A stretch of 64,000 bases of DNA, taken from the NCBI GenBank assembly GCA_965219995.1, contig CBDCOX010000002.1:544001-608000 (forward strand). Direction: 5' to 3'. Origin of the DNA: Candidatus Latescibacterota bacterium. Its GTDB lineage: Bacteria > Latescibacterota > UBA2968 > GCA-2709665. Shown here in pieces: positions 11,228 to 20,969 of this stretch (position 1 is its first letter; every line of letters starts with the position of its first letter). The notes beneath the pieces are model-generated. The model was not told the DNA's origin and made no database searches. It was given only the letters and a program-made list of their open reading frames with translations. The translations under genes and the position numbers were made by a program.

Positions 11228-11485
11228 TACACGGAAAGGAGGTGGTCAAATGAGCGATATGACCAGTGGAGGTGGCTGTAGTTAGGTGCGCTGCCGGGTG
11301 CGGGAGAACATCTCGTCTGGTAACGCGCCTGGCGAATCTAAGCAGTCATCGAAAGACAGGCGATCCGTCATACCGACGGGCCCCGGCGATACGTGTGGGG
11401 GCGCCGTGAGATGGAAGCCGTCTCGAGCAATGCGCCGTGGTGAGATGTGGCCGGAACGCCGGCTCCCGATCGCGGCGCATTTTTT
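11228..11485 (+). ncRNA. Candidate structured small RNA carrying an 11-aa ORF (11250-11285, MSDMTSGGGCS)
   Basis: Own promoter, multiple hairpins, AAAGGAGGTG SD, terminal hairpin plus T-tract. Confidence 0.5.
11429..11485 (+). terminator. Intrinsic terminator
   Basis: AATGCGCCGTGGT pairs with ATCGCGGCGCATT, followed by a T-run. Confidence 0.6.
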
Positions 11486-11504
11486 GATGAATAAGTGTTT
11501 GTGC

Positions 11505-11533
11505 TTGACAGAAATTAACGTGTTTTATATCTT
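11505..11533 (+). promoter_or_regulatory. Promoter of the rplM-rpsI operon
   Basis: TTGACA, 17 bp, TATCTT with an AT-rich upstream region. Confidence 0.7.
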
Positions 11534-11615
11534 TTGAGGCTTGACATTGTGTGCAAATGCCGTTGAGAGGAGGTGAATTCGAAATTGGCGTGCACGTGGA
11601 CGCCATTCGGATTTT

Positions 11616-12050
11616 ATGAATACGCCGAGCGCAAAAAAGTCAGACGTCGAACGCAGATGGTTTCTCGCTGATGCCGAAGGCAAGGTGCTGGGTCGCTTCG
11701 CGAGCGAGGTGGCACGGATTCTGATGGGCAAACACAAACCGTTTTATACGCCGCACGTGGATACCGGCGATCATGTGATCGTGGTAAACACCGGCAAGCT
11801 CGTTGTCAAAGGCGCCAACAAACCCGATCAAAAGGTCTATACGAGCTTCAGTGGTTATCCGGGCGGCCTGAAAACAAAGACACTCAAGCGGGCGCTCGAG
11901 ACCCAGCCTGTGTTCGTGCTGGAGCATGCCATCCGGGGGATGTTGCCTCGTACAAAGCTGGGGCGCAGGATGATCAAAAAAGTCCGGATCTACGCGGGGC
12001 CCGATCATCCGCATCAGAGTCAGGTGCCCGAAGCGATCGACCTGATTTGA
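11616..12050 (+). CDS. rplM: 50S ribosomal protein L13
   Basis: DAEGKVLGR, GKHKPFYTPHVDTGD, GYPGG, GMLP. Confidence 0.98.
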   Translation: MNTPSAKKSDVERRWFLADAEGKVLGRFASEVARILMGKHKPFYTPHVDTGDHVIVVNTGKLVVKGANKPDQKVYTSFSGYPGGLKTKTLKRALETQPVFVLEHAIRGMLPRTKLGRRMIKKVRIYAGPDHPHQSQVPEAIDLI

Positions 12051-12105
12051 TTTTCGCCGAATCGAAGCATCCTTCGAAATTCGTTGACCGAGAGGAGGTC
12101 GGGTC

Positions 12106-12498
12106 TTGGCAGAATTCCTTGCTTCTGCCAGAGGCCGGCGCAAGTCGGCCACGGCAAACGTGAAACTGTTTTCCGGGTCCGGAGAGATTACGATCAATGG
12201 CGCGCCGATTCTGGATTATCTGAAGCGGGAGACGCTGGTGATGATCGTGGAACAGCCGCTGGCGATTACGGAGACCGTCGGGCAGTACAATATCGCCGCC
12301 AGCACCAAGGGCGGCGGTCTCAGCGGCCAGGCCGGCGCCGTAAGGCTGGGCATCGCTCGAAGCCTGCTCGCCCTGAACGAAGACCTCAAGGGGCCGCTGC
12401 GGGAGGCGGGGCTGCTGACCCGCGACGCGCGAGAAGTGGAGCGGAAGAAGCCGGGCCGCCCCGGAGCGCGCAAGCGGTTCCAGTTTTCGAAACGCTAG
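12106..12498 (+). CDS. rpsI: 30S ribosomal protein S9
   Basis: GRRK, GGGLSGQAGA, LLTRDAREVERKK, ARKRFQFSKR; TTG start after GAGGAGG. Confidence 0.98.
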   Translation: MAEFLASARGRRKSATANVKLFSGSGEITINGAPILDYLKRETLVMIVEQPLAITETVGQYNIAASTKGGGLSGQAGAVRLGIARSLLALNEDLKGPLREAGLLTRDAREVERKKPGRPGARKRFQFSKR

Positions 12499-12548
12499 CC
12501 AACCATTTTATGAATGGCGTGTTGCGCAGATCCGGCAGCGCGCCTATT

Positions 12549-12625
12549 TCACATGTGTCCCGACTTCAGGCCGGGTGTCGGTTTCCGACGGGCCTGCGGA
12601 ATGACGGCCACAGAGGTTCAACCCG
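12549..12625 (+). ncRNA. rpsB 5' leader (t44-like S2 autoregulatory element)
   Basis: Immediately upstream of rpsB; CAC...GGGTG hairpin...GAGG..AACCC layout resembling the known rpsB leader. Confidence 0.55.
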
Positions 12626-12643
12626 GAGTCGCCGGAGGATTGT

Positions 12644-13408
12644 ATGGCTGTCGTTGAAATGAAAGCGTTGCTCGAGGCCGGAGTCCACTTCGGGCATCAG
12701 ACTCGCCGTTGGAACCCGAAGATGAGAAAGTTCATCTTTATGGAACGCAACGGCATCTACATTGTCGATCTGCAGAAGACAATGAATCAGATCGAGGAAG
12801 CCTGCCAGATGATCAGTCAGGCCGTGGAACGGGGTGAATCCGTCCTCTTCGTGGGCACGAAGAAACAGGCGAAGGACGTCATTCTTCGGGAAGCGAAGCG
12901 TTGTGAGATGTTTCACGTCACCGAGCGCTGGCTTGGCGGGATGTTGACGAATTACCAGACCATCCGTCAGAGTATTCGGCGCCTCGAAACGCTCGACAAG
13001 ATGGGCGCCGACGGAACCTACGAGAAGTTGACCAAGAAAGAGGTGCTGCGGCTGGAACGTGAGCGGGAGAAACTGGAGAGATCCCTGAGCGGTATCCGGG
13101 ATATGGGTCGTCTGCCCGGATTGGTGTTCGTGATAGATATCAAGAAGGAGAGGATCGCCGTTCACGAAGCGAGGCGTCTCAATATTCCTGTGGTGGCCAT
13201 CGTCGACACCAACTGCAATCCGGACGACGTCGACTATCCGATTCCCGGAAACGACGACGCCATCCGATCTATCGGACTCATCACCCGGCTCGTGTCGGAT
13301 GCGGTGCTCGAGGGTCAGAAGATTCGACGGGAGGGCCCCGACAGGGTGGACGACGAACCCCAGTTGCTCGGACCGGAAATTACAGAAATTACCGAAGCCA
13401 GCGAATAA
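12644..13408 (+). CDS. rpsB: 30S ribosomal protein S2
   Basis: [39 protein letters not shown]. Confidence 0.98.
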   Translation: MAVVEMKALLEAGVHFGHQTRRWNPKMRKFIFMERNGIYIVDLQKTMNQIEEACQMISQAVERGESVLFVGTKKQAKDVILREAKRCEMFHVTERWLGGMLTNYQTIRQSIRRLETLDKMGADGTYEKLTKKEVLRLEREREKLERSLSGIRDMGRLPGLVFVIDIKKERIAVHEARRLNIPVVAIVDTNCNPDDVDYPIPGNDDAIRSIGLITRLVSDAVLEGQKIRREGPDRVDDEPQLLGPEITEITEASE

Positions 13409-13453
13409 CAGACGAGTCGGAAGGGAAAGGCGTAACGCCAGCGGGGAGAAACC

Positions 13454-14053
13454 ATGGCGATTTCAGCAAAGATGGTTCAGGAACTGCGCGCCAAGACCAA
13501 CGTGGGCATGATGGACTGCAAGAAGGCGCTCGTCGAGAGTGACGGGGACATGGAAGAAGCCATCGAGCTCCTGCGCACCCGCGGGGTTGCCAAGGCGGAA
13601 GACCGTTCTCACAGGGCGGCGAAGGAAGGGCTGATTGCGTCGTATATACACACCGGCAGCAAGCTGGGCGTAATGCTGGAGGTCAACAGCGAGACCGACT
13701 TCGTCGCCCGAACCGATCAGTTCCAGACCTTTGTCCGCGACCTGGCGATGCACATCGCCGCCAGCGCGCCGGCCGCCGTGAGCCGCGACGAGCTGGACGA
13801 AGCGAGCATCGAGCGCGAACGCAGAATCTTCAGACAGCAGGCGCTCGACGAGGGCAAACCCGAGCGGGTAATCGACCGGATCGTAGAGGGTCGGCTCGAA
13901 AAGTACTTCCAGGATGTCTGCCTGATGGAACAGCCCTTCGTGAAGGATCCGGACAAGACGGTCAAAGACCTGCTGATGGACCTGATCGCCCAGTGCGGCG
14001 AGAATGTCACCGTCAGACGGTTCGTGCGTTTTGTTCTCGGCGAGGAGAGTTGA
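13454..14053 (+). CDS. tsf: Elongation factor Ts (short, ~200 aa form)
   Basis: ELRAKTNVGMMDCKKAL, EVNSETDFVA, VRRFVRF. Confidence 0.97.
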   Translation: MAISAKMVQELRAKTNVGMMDCKKALVESDGDMEEAIELLRTRGVAKAEDRSHRAAKEGLIASYIHTGSKLGVMLEVNSETDFVARTDQFQTFVRDLAMHIAASAPAAVSRDELDEASIERERRIFRQQALDEGKPERVIDRIVEGRLEKYFQDVCLMEQPFVKDPDKTVKDLLMDLIAQCGENVTVRRFVRFVLGEES

Positions 14054-14122
14054 AGGCGCCCGGCGTTGGTCAGTGAGAAAGTAGACGCAGTTTGTTCGCT
14101 TTCTTGGCGGGGGATGCAGGAT

Positions 14123-14680
14123 ATGGTTGATGAGATTCTTTCAGAGACCAGGCAGTCGATGGTAAAAGCCGTGGAAGCGTTTCAGCACGAAATCTCCACG
14201 GTTCGCACGGGGCGCGCAAACACGTCATTGCTGGACAATATCCGCGCCGAATATTACGGCACCCAGGTGCCGCTCAACCAGGTGGCCACCATTGGCATTC
14301 CGGAGCCGCGGCTCATCGTTCTTCAGCCGTGGGACAAGAGCGCAATTCCGGCGATTGAAAAGGCCATACAGACGTCGAATCTGGGCCTGACGCCGTCCAA
14401 TGACGGGACCGTCATTCGTCTGCCGATCCCGCACCTGACGGAAGAGCGCCGCACGGAACTCGTGCGAGTGGTGCGCCAGATGGCGGAAGAGTGCAAGGTC
14501 TCCGTGCGCAATGCCAGGCGGGACGCCAACGAGATGTTCAAAGACGGTCAGAAAGAGGGCGAGATCCCTGAAGACGATTCGCGGAAGGGGCAGGACCAGG
14601 TGCAGAAGCTGACCGACGATTTCGTGGCGGAGATCGACACGCTGCTGGCGCGGAAGGAAGAAGAAATCATGGAGGTCTGA
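14123..14680 (+). CDS. frr: Ribosome recycling factor
   Basis: RTGRAN, QPWDKS, LTEERR, VRNARRD, KEEEIMEV; start 14114 or 14123. Confidence 0.97.
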   Translation: MVDEILSETRQSMVKAVEAFQHEISTVRTGRANTSLLDNIRAEYYGTQVPLNQVATIGIPEPRLIVLQPWDKSAIPAIEKAIQTSNLGLTPSNDGTVIRLPIPHLTEERRTELVRVVRQMAEECKVSVRNARRDANEMFKDGQKEGEIPEDDSRKGQDQVQKLTDDFVAEIDTLLARKEEEIMEV

Positions 14681-14780
14681 ATCCCCTTGAATGTTCCCCG
14701 CCAATCGCTGCTTTCATGTCGTCCGAAGGCGGCGGTTCTTTTTTGCCGTGTCGATCGCCGCTTGTCGGGTATGCTCTGAT

Positions 14781-15515
14781 ATGCTCTTGCTGACGGTTGT
14801 CGCGATCGTGTTTGTGGCGGCGCTGGTCCATTCGACACTCGGGTTCGGAACTGCTCTCGTGGCGATGCCGATGCTCGTGGCGTTGCTCGACGTGAACGTG
14901 GCGACGCCTCTCGTCGGCCTGACGATGCTGACCACGATCGCCCTGCTTCTGGTTGGAACCTGGCGGGACCTGGACGTCAGGGCCGCATTGCATCTGCTCG
15001 TCGCGTCGATTCCGGGAATTCCACTGGGTCTGCTAATCCTTCGGTACGCCCCCCAGGATGCCTTCAGGGCGGGGCTTGGATTTCTGCTCATCGCGATCGG
15101 TCTGTATAACTTGCGGACGTCGGTACTGCCCAGGCTGGAGCACATCCGGTGGGCGCACCTGTTCGGCTTCGTGTCCGGTTTTCTTGGCAGCGCATACAAC
15201 GTGAACGCGGCGCCGGTGGCGGTTTACGGGATCCTGAAGCGTTGGCCGCCAGAAGGCTTCAGGGCGACGCTGCAGGGGTACTTCTTTCCCTCGACCCTGC
15301 TCATTGTCTGCAGCCATGCGTTGGCCGGGCTGTGGACCGGGGACGTTTTCGGATTCTATCTGCCGGCCGTGCCTGCCATCATTGTCGCCGTTTTTCTGGG
15401 TAGGATCATCGGCGCGCGCATCGCTCCCGCCCGATTTCAACGAGTACTCTACGTGGCGCTGTTGGCGTTCGGTTTGATGCTCCTGGTGTCCCCCGTAATG
15501 GCGGCCGTGTATTGA
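14781..15515 (+). CDS. Sulfite exporter TauE/SafE family membrane protein
   Basis: GFGTALVAMP motif, multiple TM segments, FRATL. Confidence 0.8.
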   Translation: MLLLTVVAIVFVAALVHSTLGFGTALVAMPMLVALLDVNVATPLVGLTMLTTIALLLVGTWRDLDVRAALHLLVASIPGIPLGLLILRYAPQDAFRAGLGFLLIAIGLYNLRTSVLPRLEHIRWAHLFGFVSGFLGSAYNVNAAPVAVYGILKRWPPEGFRATLQGYFFPSTLLIVCSHALAGLWTGDVFGFYLPAVPAIIVAVFLGRIIGARIAPARFQRVLYVALLAFGLMLLVSPVMAAVY

Positions 15516-15606
15516 CGCATTGCGAAATTGGATTCGCAGGGACCTGTCTTTCGCGCGTATCGCGATTTTGGCGTATTTCGTAGTGAATCTTCGAAAGGAG
15601 AAAGGC

Positions 15607-15969
15607 GTGAACGCGACACAACCTATGGTCGTGCACTACGTCAAGGATATGGCCAGAGCGTTGCCTTTTTACCGCGACGTCATCGGACTCCAGGTGGAGT
15701 TCGAATCGTCCGGATGGACGACGTTTCGTTGCGGCGGATGCATCGTGGCGCTCCACATCCTGTCTGCCGGGATGTCCGAGGGCGCCGTCGTCCACGCGGG
15801 GCTGAATCTTCACGTGGACGATCTCGACGCCGCGGTGAAGGAAGTCTCGGCCGGCGGCGGCGAGGTCAGAAACATCCGGGAAGCCGGCGGCGGCATACCG
15901 GTGCGTATCGCCGTCATCAGCGATACGGAAGGCAACGTCTTCGAACTGCGCCAGTACGTCGGCGAGTGA
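15607..15969 (+). CDS. VOC (glyoxalase/bleomycin resistance) family protein
   Basis: VKDMARALPFYRDVIGL, VDDLDA, DTEGNVFEL; AAGGAG RBS with GTG start. Confidence 0.85.
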   Translation: MNATQPMVVHYVKDMARALPFYRDVIGLQVEFESSGWTTFRCGGCIVALHILSAGMSEGAVVHAGLNLHVDDLDAAVKEVSAGGGEVRNIREAGGGIPVRIAVISDTEGNVFELRQYVGE

Positions 15970-16127
15970 TATCGGATGTCGGCAGGATGAATACATCGGG
16001 ACGCCCTTGATCGCGGAGGGTCTGCGACGTGGTTCCCGATCTTGAATTCGCGTGGCACCCTGAACGGAAGGTTCGATGCGTCCGCCGGTGCCAATTTCCT
16101 GTTCAACCACCAGAAGGAGGTCTTTTC

Positions 16128-16658
16128 GTGAAGAACTGCGTACTCGCCGTCGTCCTGTCTGCTGTTGTTCTGTTCGCCTGGGGCTTTTTGTCGTGGGCGA
16201 TATTGCCGTGGCACAATGCGGTTGCAAACAAATTCGCAGACGAATCGGCTGTTTCAGCGGTCCTCAAGGAAAACGCGCCGGCCGCGGGAATGTACTATCT
16301 CCCGTTTGCCGAGGAAGACCTCAAACCTGGGGCGCTGTTCGCACTTGCGAACGTCCTGCCCGATGGCGTCGACGGGACCATGGCCGGAATGATGGGGCTT
16401 GGCCTGCTCGGTCAGGCGGTGTCCGCCGCGCTCGTTATTCTTCTGCTGTGCAGAACCTCGATTCCGGACTACTGGGGGCGGGTCCGTTTCGTCGCGCTTG
16501 CGGGCGTGGCGATCGGTTTTGTCAGCCACTTTCCGTACTGGAACTGGTTCGGCTTCTCGACTTCCTATACGCTCGTTATCATTGTGGACTCCCTGATCGC
16601 CTGGTTCCTCGCCGGGCTCGTCCTGGCGAAATTCGTAGAGGGAAAATCGGGGTCGTAA
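16128..16658 (+). CDS. Hypothetical membrane protein
   Basis: AAGGAGG RBS with GTG start; about 4 hydrophobic segments. Confidence 0.7.
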   Translation: MKNCVLAVVLSAVVLFAWGFLSWAILPWHNAVANKFADESAVSAVLKENAPAAGMYYLPFAEEDLKPGALFALANVLPDGVDGTMAGMMGLGLLGQAVSAALVILLLCRTSIPDYWGRVRFVALAGVAIGFVSHFPYWNWFGFSTSYTLVIIVDSLIAWFLAGLVLAKFVEGKSGS

Positions 16659-16964
16659 TCGGGCGGCCGGGCCGTTCCGTACCACGGCCCATGATGTACG
16701 GATTTTCGGTAGACGACCGCGAGGTGATTCAACCCGCGGTCGTTCTTATATGGGTTTCAATGGACGCTCAATCCGTCGGTATAAGGCGATGTCCCGTCCG
16801 TATGGCATGTGGATGATCAGATGTGCGCACGCGTTCAGCGCCTTGATTTATCGTGGAGGAGGTCTTATTTTCCGGTACGCAAAGATTTCTCTGTGTTAAG
16901 GTGAGTTCCCTTCGCGTGGGTGAGTTGTATCGAGTAAGAGAATTGCTTCAGACTGAGGTTTCGA

Positions 16965-17882
16965 ATGGCGTCGCAACAATCGGGGTTGTCTTCACAGGTG
17001 GACCGGACGAGCCGAACGGCCAATCTGGCGGCGTGCGTACGTGCGTACCACGCTCGTTGGCACGAGTCGCCGATTTTCGATGACGTCTACGCATACGATT
17101 TGATATCGGATTTCTGGCGTGCGATTGCCAGGTATAGATTGCTCAGCCAAATTGTCGTCCACACCGTGTTCCGGTCGTTTCGCCCCATACACACCGAGAT
17201 TATCCTGCGTGCGAGGTACGCCGAAGACCGTCTGATGGACGCCCTGGCAGCGGGCGTCGAGCAGTATGTTATTCTCGGGGCGGGCCTGGATTCCTTCTCC
17301 ATGCGTCAGGAGGGGATCTCGGAGACATTGCGGATCTTCGAGCTGGACCATCCTGCGACGCAGGAAATGAAGCGCGAAAAGGTCCTGGGCGTCATTGGCG
17401 GGATCCCGGCGAATCTGGTATTCGTACCCATCGATTTTGAAACCGATCACCTCGACGATGCGCTTGTCCGGGCGGATTTCGACCCTCAGACGCCCTCCTT
17501 CTTCTCGTGGCTGGGGACGACCTATTATCTCACCAAAGACGCGATACGCGAAACACTTGCCCGCATTGCGGGCGTGGCGGCCCCGGGAAGCCGCATGGTT
17601 CTCGACTACAAGATTGAAAGGGATCTCGTTCCGGTGGAGAGCCTGCCGTTCGCGGACAGGCTGGACCGCTTTGTGGCTCGCCGCGGTGAACCGATGCTCT
17701 CCACGTTTACGCCCGAAGAGCTGCGGGGCGTGATGTCAGGGTTCGGCTTTTCGGAAGTGGAAGACATCCCGGCAGGCGATCAGAAACGCCGATACCTGAA
17801 CGAGAGATCCGGCCTGGTGGATCCGGCGCCGAATTTTTCCTTCGCGCTGTATCGTATGGGCCGCAGGGGAGAAGAGACGTGA
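16965..17882 (+). CDS. Class I SAM-dependent methyltransferase (LCM family)
   Basis: QYVILGAGLDS, FELDHPATQ, FVPIDFE, WLGTTYYL. Confidence 0.88.
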   Translation: MASQQSGLSSQVDRTSRTANLAACVRAYHARWHESPIFDDVYAYDLISDFWRAIARYRLLSQIVVHTVFRSFRPIHTEIILRARYAEDRLMDALAAGVEQYVILGAGLDSFSMRQEGISETLRIFELDHPATQEMKREKVLGVIGGIPANLVFVPIDFETDHLDDALVRADFDPQTPSFFSWLGTTYYLTKDAIRETLARIAGVAAPGSRMVLDYKIERDLVPVESLPFADRLDRFVARRGEPMLSTFTPEELRGVMSGFGFSEVEDIPAGDQKRRYLNERSGLVDPAPNFSFALYRMGRRGEET

Positions 17883-17935
17883 AGATAACCCGGTGTCCGG
17901 AACGTCCGAACGCCGGAAGCTGAAGGGTTGTAGCG

Positions 17936-18394
17936 ATGTCAGATGAAGGAAAAAAGCCGCGAACGATCTCTCTCCGTCAAGGCCTCCTGTTGATCTTCGT
18001 CCTTGGGTGCGTGGGACTAGGCGCCGAATTGCTGCTGCTGGGCCATTTCCAGGAGTGGAGGCAGCAGGTGCCCCTCGCGCTGCTTGCTTTGGGCCTCGTC
18101 CTGGTGGCGATGCTTGTTCGCTTTAAGGGGCGGGTCGTCCTCCGGCTCTTTCGGCTCGCGATGCTGGCGTTCGTACTGGGGGGAATCGCGGGATTCTGGT
18201 TTCATATCAACGGGAACATGGAATTCGAGCTGGAGATGAATTCGAGGTTGACCGGCTGGGCGCTTGTGTCCAGGACCGCCGGCGGCGCCCTTCCGGTCCT
18301 GGCGCCCGGCGCGCTCGTCCAGCTCGGTTTGATCGGCTTACTTTACACGTACCGGCATCCCGGTCTGGGCTCGGGACGACCTGAATCGGATTAG
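17936..18394 (+). CDS. Hypothetical membrane protein
   Basis: Four hydrophobic segments; ELLLLGH, FELEM, GALPVLAPG. Confidence 0.7.
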   Translation: MSDEGKKPRTISLRQGLLLIFVLGCVGLGAELLLLGHFQEWRQQVPLALLALGLVLVAMLVRFKGRVVLRLFRLAMLAFVLGGIAGFWFHINGNMEFELEMNSRLTGWALVSRTAGGALPVLAPGALVQLGLIGLLYTYRHPGLGSGRPESD

Positions 18395-18467
18395 CGTATT
18401 CAGGGAGCATATGTTACGTCTCGATCTCCTTCAGAACTGCGGTAATCCGTTTTCCGGACCGAAGACT

Positions 18468-18773
18468 GAATGAAAGCAAAGAGCGGCGCGTCTCCGGGCA
18501 GATGCGCCGCTCTCATTCTCGTACAGCTGGCGGTTGTCGAGATTTGGAAATCCCTGAGGAATTCCTAATAGACCATACGGTCGTCCATATTGTGCCATTC
18601 CCGAAAGACCGGCAGCGCTGCGTCCCGCATGAACTGATGGGACGGGATTCGCCGCTCGATCCTCGGCAATTGTATCTCCCGGTAAAAGAATCCGTCGTCG
18701 AAACCGATTTCCGCCGCGTCTTTGGCGGTATTGGCGTAGTAAATCTTCTCGATCCTTGCCCAGTAGATGGCGG
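18468..18773. repeat. 306-bp direct repeat, copy 1 (displaced 3' end of the deaminase gene plus downstream DNA)
   Basis: Matches 21461-21766 at offset 2993; one mismatch seen (GAGATTTGG vs GAGAATTGG). Confidence 0.95.
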
Positions 18774-18914
18774 GTGGGTTAGTGCCTGCAATGAGTGAGC
18801 ATTAAGCCCTCCTTCAGATTGTGACAAGCTTACCTCTTTGAAGATGAGTCTCTTGTTGCGTGACGAAAAATCGAAATAAAGCTCATGACGCCGTTACTGT
18901 TGACGATCGTCGTG

Positions 18915-18943
18915 TTGACAACGGCACCTCAAGGCCGTATGTT
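18915..18943 (+). promoter_or_regulatory. Sigma70-type promoter of the island genes
   Basis: TTGACA, 17 bp, TATGTT. Confidence 0.6.
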
Positions 18944-18999
18944 CGTCGCGACGTATGAGAACCGGCATTGCGCGACCGGAACGATTACAAGGAATTGCG

Positions 19000-19692
19000 A
19001 TGAATTGCATTCACGGGAACGCCAAACCCGATAACAATACGAAGTTGCGTCTATTTGCCAGTTCTGCCGGATTCTGCCAGCGTCCGCAGTGTAACACACC
19101 TCTATTTATTGACCTTGAAGAAAAGTTCATTCATTTTGCGGAGATTGCACACATAATATCGGCATCTCCAATGGGTCCTCGTGGAGCCGGCGAGAGTGGC
19201 GCGGCTCTGGCTACATTTGAGAATCTGATCCTTTTGTGTCCAAACTGCCACGTAATCGTCGATAAGGCGCACGAAGAGTACCCACAGTCTATGTTGACTG
19301 CTTGGAAGGCTGACCATGTAAGCCGCATTTCAGGCATTTTCGGAGCAATCAAATATCCAGACAGAAGAACGGCGCGTGTAGCCATTGAACCTTTTCTTGA
19401 TGAGAACCGTGCCATTTTTCGCCAATACGGCCCAGAAAACGACTATAGCCAAAACCCCGAGAGCGAATATGCAGATATTTGGAAGCGCAAAGTCTTGAAA
19501 AAAATCCTCCCAAACAATCGAAAGCTATTGCTCACAATTGATGCTAATCGTCATCACTTACGTAACAACGAACGATCGGTGGTTGAGTCATTTCGACAGC
19601 ATGTAGATGACTTGGAATCAAGGCATTTGGCAAGACCGAAATCAATTCAAGGTAGTCGTTTTCCTGAAGAAATGAACGAACTGTTTATCTGA
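19000..19692 (+). CDS. HNH endonuclease domain protein with an uncharacterised C-terminal domain
   Basis: CQRPQC...EIAHII...GPRG...NLILLCPNCH...DK zinc-HNH motif; AAGGA RBS before ATG 19000. Confidence 0.85.
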   Translation: MNCIHGNAKPDNNTKLRLFASSAGFCQRPQCNTPLFIDLEEKFIHFAEIAHIISASPMGPRGAGESGAALATFENLILLCPNCHVIVDKAHEEYPQSMLTAWKADHVSRISGIFGAIKYPDRRTARVAIEPFLDENRAIFRQYGPENDYSQNPESEYADIWKRKVLKKILPNNRKLLLTIDANRHHLRNNERSVVESFRQHVDDLESRHLARPKSIQGSRFPEEMNELFI

Positions 19693-19700
19693 GATTGACA

Positions 19701-20360
19701 ATGCCTGCGAACAGCGAAAGTTGGACCGGGAGATGGCTCGAAAGAAAGACCTTCGAGCATACGAATGTTACGAAGGTCGAATTGCTTCAGCCACAGATAC
19801 TAAAGGTCTTTAGAAAAGAACATGAGACCGTACTGATCGGATGTGTCGCCGTGGATCGTGTCATCCCTTCCCAAATTGAGTCGCTACTTGAACAACCGTT
19901 TACTCTTTCGTTCATCGTCAACATACCGGCCGAGTCATTCTGGACAGGGCCAGCGATTGAATTAGCCGAGTCAAGGTCGTTGGGCTTCGGCGGAATGGAT
20001 GACCTATTCAGGGCCCTCAATGGTCCTGACGTAGGTTCCTATAGACGCAAGGAGTTCGATTATTTCGAGCGAGTGGTGAAAGAACACGATAACATCCTCG
20101 AAATTGACCGTGTTCACGATAGGAAATACTCCCTGACGAGGTACGAACATGGTCAGGTACAAGTGTTATTGTTGAACGAATACGCCCTTTGTGCAGAAAA
20201 AGTAAGGATATCGCGAGAGAGATATGGGTCGTTCAGGGTAATTCTAATCACGAACCCCAATGGAGAAGCAACGTCGCAGGCAAAGCGAGCTGCGCGTAAC
20301 TTGGGGGTTCGTATTCTGAAGATGCGCGGATTCTTGGGCTTTCTAAAGGACGGAACCTGA
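19701..20360 (+). CDS. Hypothetical protein with an internal tandem duplication, possibly two degenerate restriction-endonuclease-fold domains
   Basis: Halves align by eye (WLERKTFEHTNV / YFERVVKEHDNI; TGPAIELAESRSL / TSQAKRAARNLGV); starts 8 bp after the HNH stop. Confidence 0.6.
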   Translation: MPANSESWTGRWLERKTFEHTNVTKVELLQPQILKVFRKEHETVLIGCVAVDRVIPSQIESLLEQPFTLSFIVNIPAESFWTGPAIELAESRSLGFGGMDDLFRALNGPDVGSYRRKEFDYFERVVKEHDNILEIDRVHDRKYSLTRYEHGQVQVLLLNEYALCAEKVRISRERYGSFRVILITNPNGEATSQAKRAARNLGVRILKMRGFLGFLKDGT

Positions 20361-20575
20361 GACCAAGAGCGAACATTTGCAAAATCGGTCGTGATTCTCC
20401 CACATTTCAATGAATTGCGATACCTAAATCTTAGTAGGCTATCACGGATCTTGTATACAATGAGTCGTCCGTAAGCTATTGAATAGTCCAGACTTGTGGC
20501 CGTCTCAAGATTCAGGATGAATTGCTAGCATTCGAGACGTTAAATCCTGGAATTCTGGAATAGGAAGGGTTGACT

Positions 20576-20887
20576 ATGAACTTAAAAAAAATAGTCGACT
20601 GCATTCTATTCAATGCCAAGCACATTTCACGAAGTGGATCAACTGCGACTTGGTATCTTTTCGGCTCAATAATAGGTTCAACGTACGCCGCGAAAGATGT
20701 CGATTTGCTGGTGGTGTGTGAAAATCACGATACTGCGACGATCGTTAGGGAAATAATGCGAAGGCCGTGTCTGTGTATTCCACTTCATATTGTACTCCTA
20801 ACCACTGAAGAAGAAACAGAACTAGGTTTCATTGAATCCGAAGATTGCGTAGAGATTTATCCAGATAGTGAATTGTCAAACAAATAA
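20576..20887 (+). CDS. Minimal nucleotidyltransferase (MNT, Pol-beta superfamily)
   Basis: YLFGS...KDVDLLVV motif, about 103 aa. Confidence 0.78.
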   Translation: MNLKKIVDCILFNAKHISRSGSTATWYLFGSIIGSTYAAKDVDLLVVCENHDTATIVREIMRRPCLCIPLHIVLLTTEEETELGFIESEDCVEIYPDSELSNK

Positions 20888-20969
20888 AGGGAGTGAATTC
20901 TTGTTCAATTGGATCTGCGATTGTAAGTGAGATTTGGATTGGCGAACAGCGCATACGGAATCGGAAGGT

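Noticed and set aside
11234-11248. 16S rRNA 3'-end remnant on the minus strand
   Set aside because: The similarity is limited to an extended Shine-Dalgarno sequence, with no further rRNA sequence
16053-16093. tRNA-like fragment (GGTTCGAT...CCA inside a TGGCACC/GGTGCCA hairpin)
   Set aside because: No cloverleaf or properly paired T-arm; likely a simple leader hairpin
18502-18798. Plus-strand ORFs 18502-18798 and 21495-21989
   Set aside because: They are antisense shadows of the deaminase gene and its duplicated end
19000-20887. CBASS assignment for the island
   Set aside because: The nucleotidyltransferase is only ~103 aa, far shorter than a CD-NTase, and the HNH protein has no SAVED-sized domain
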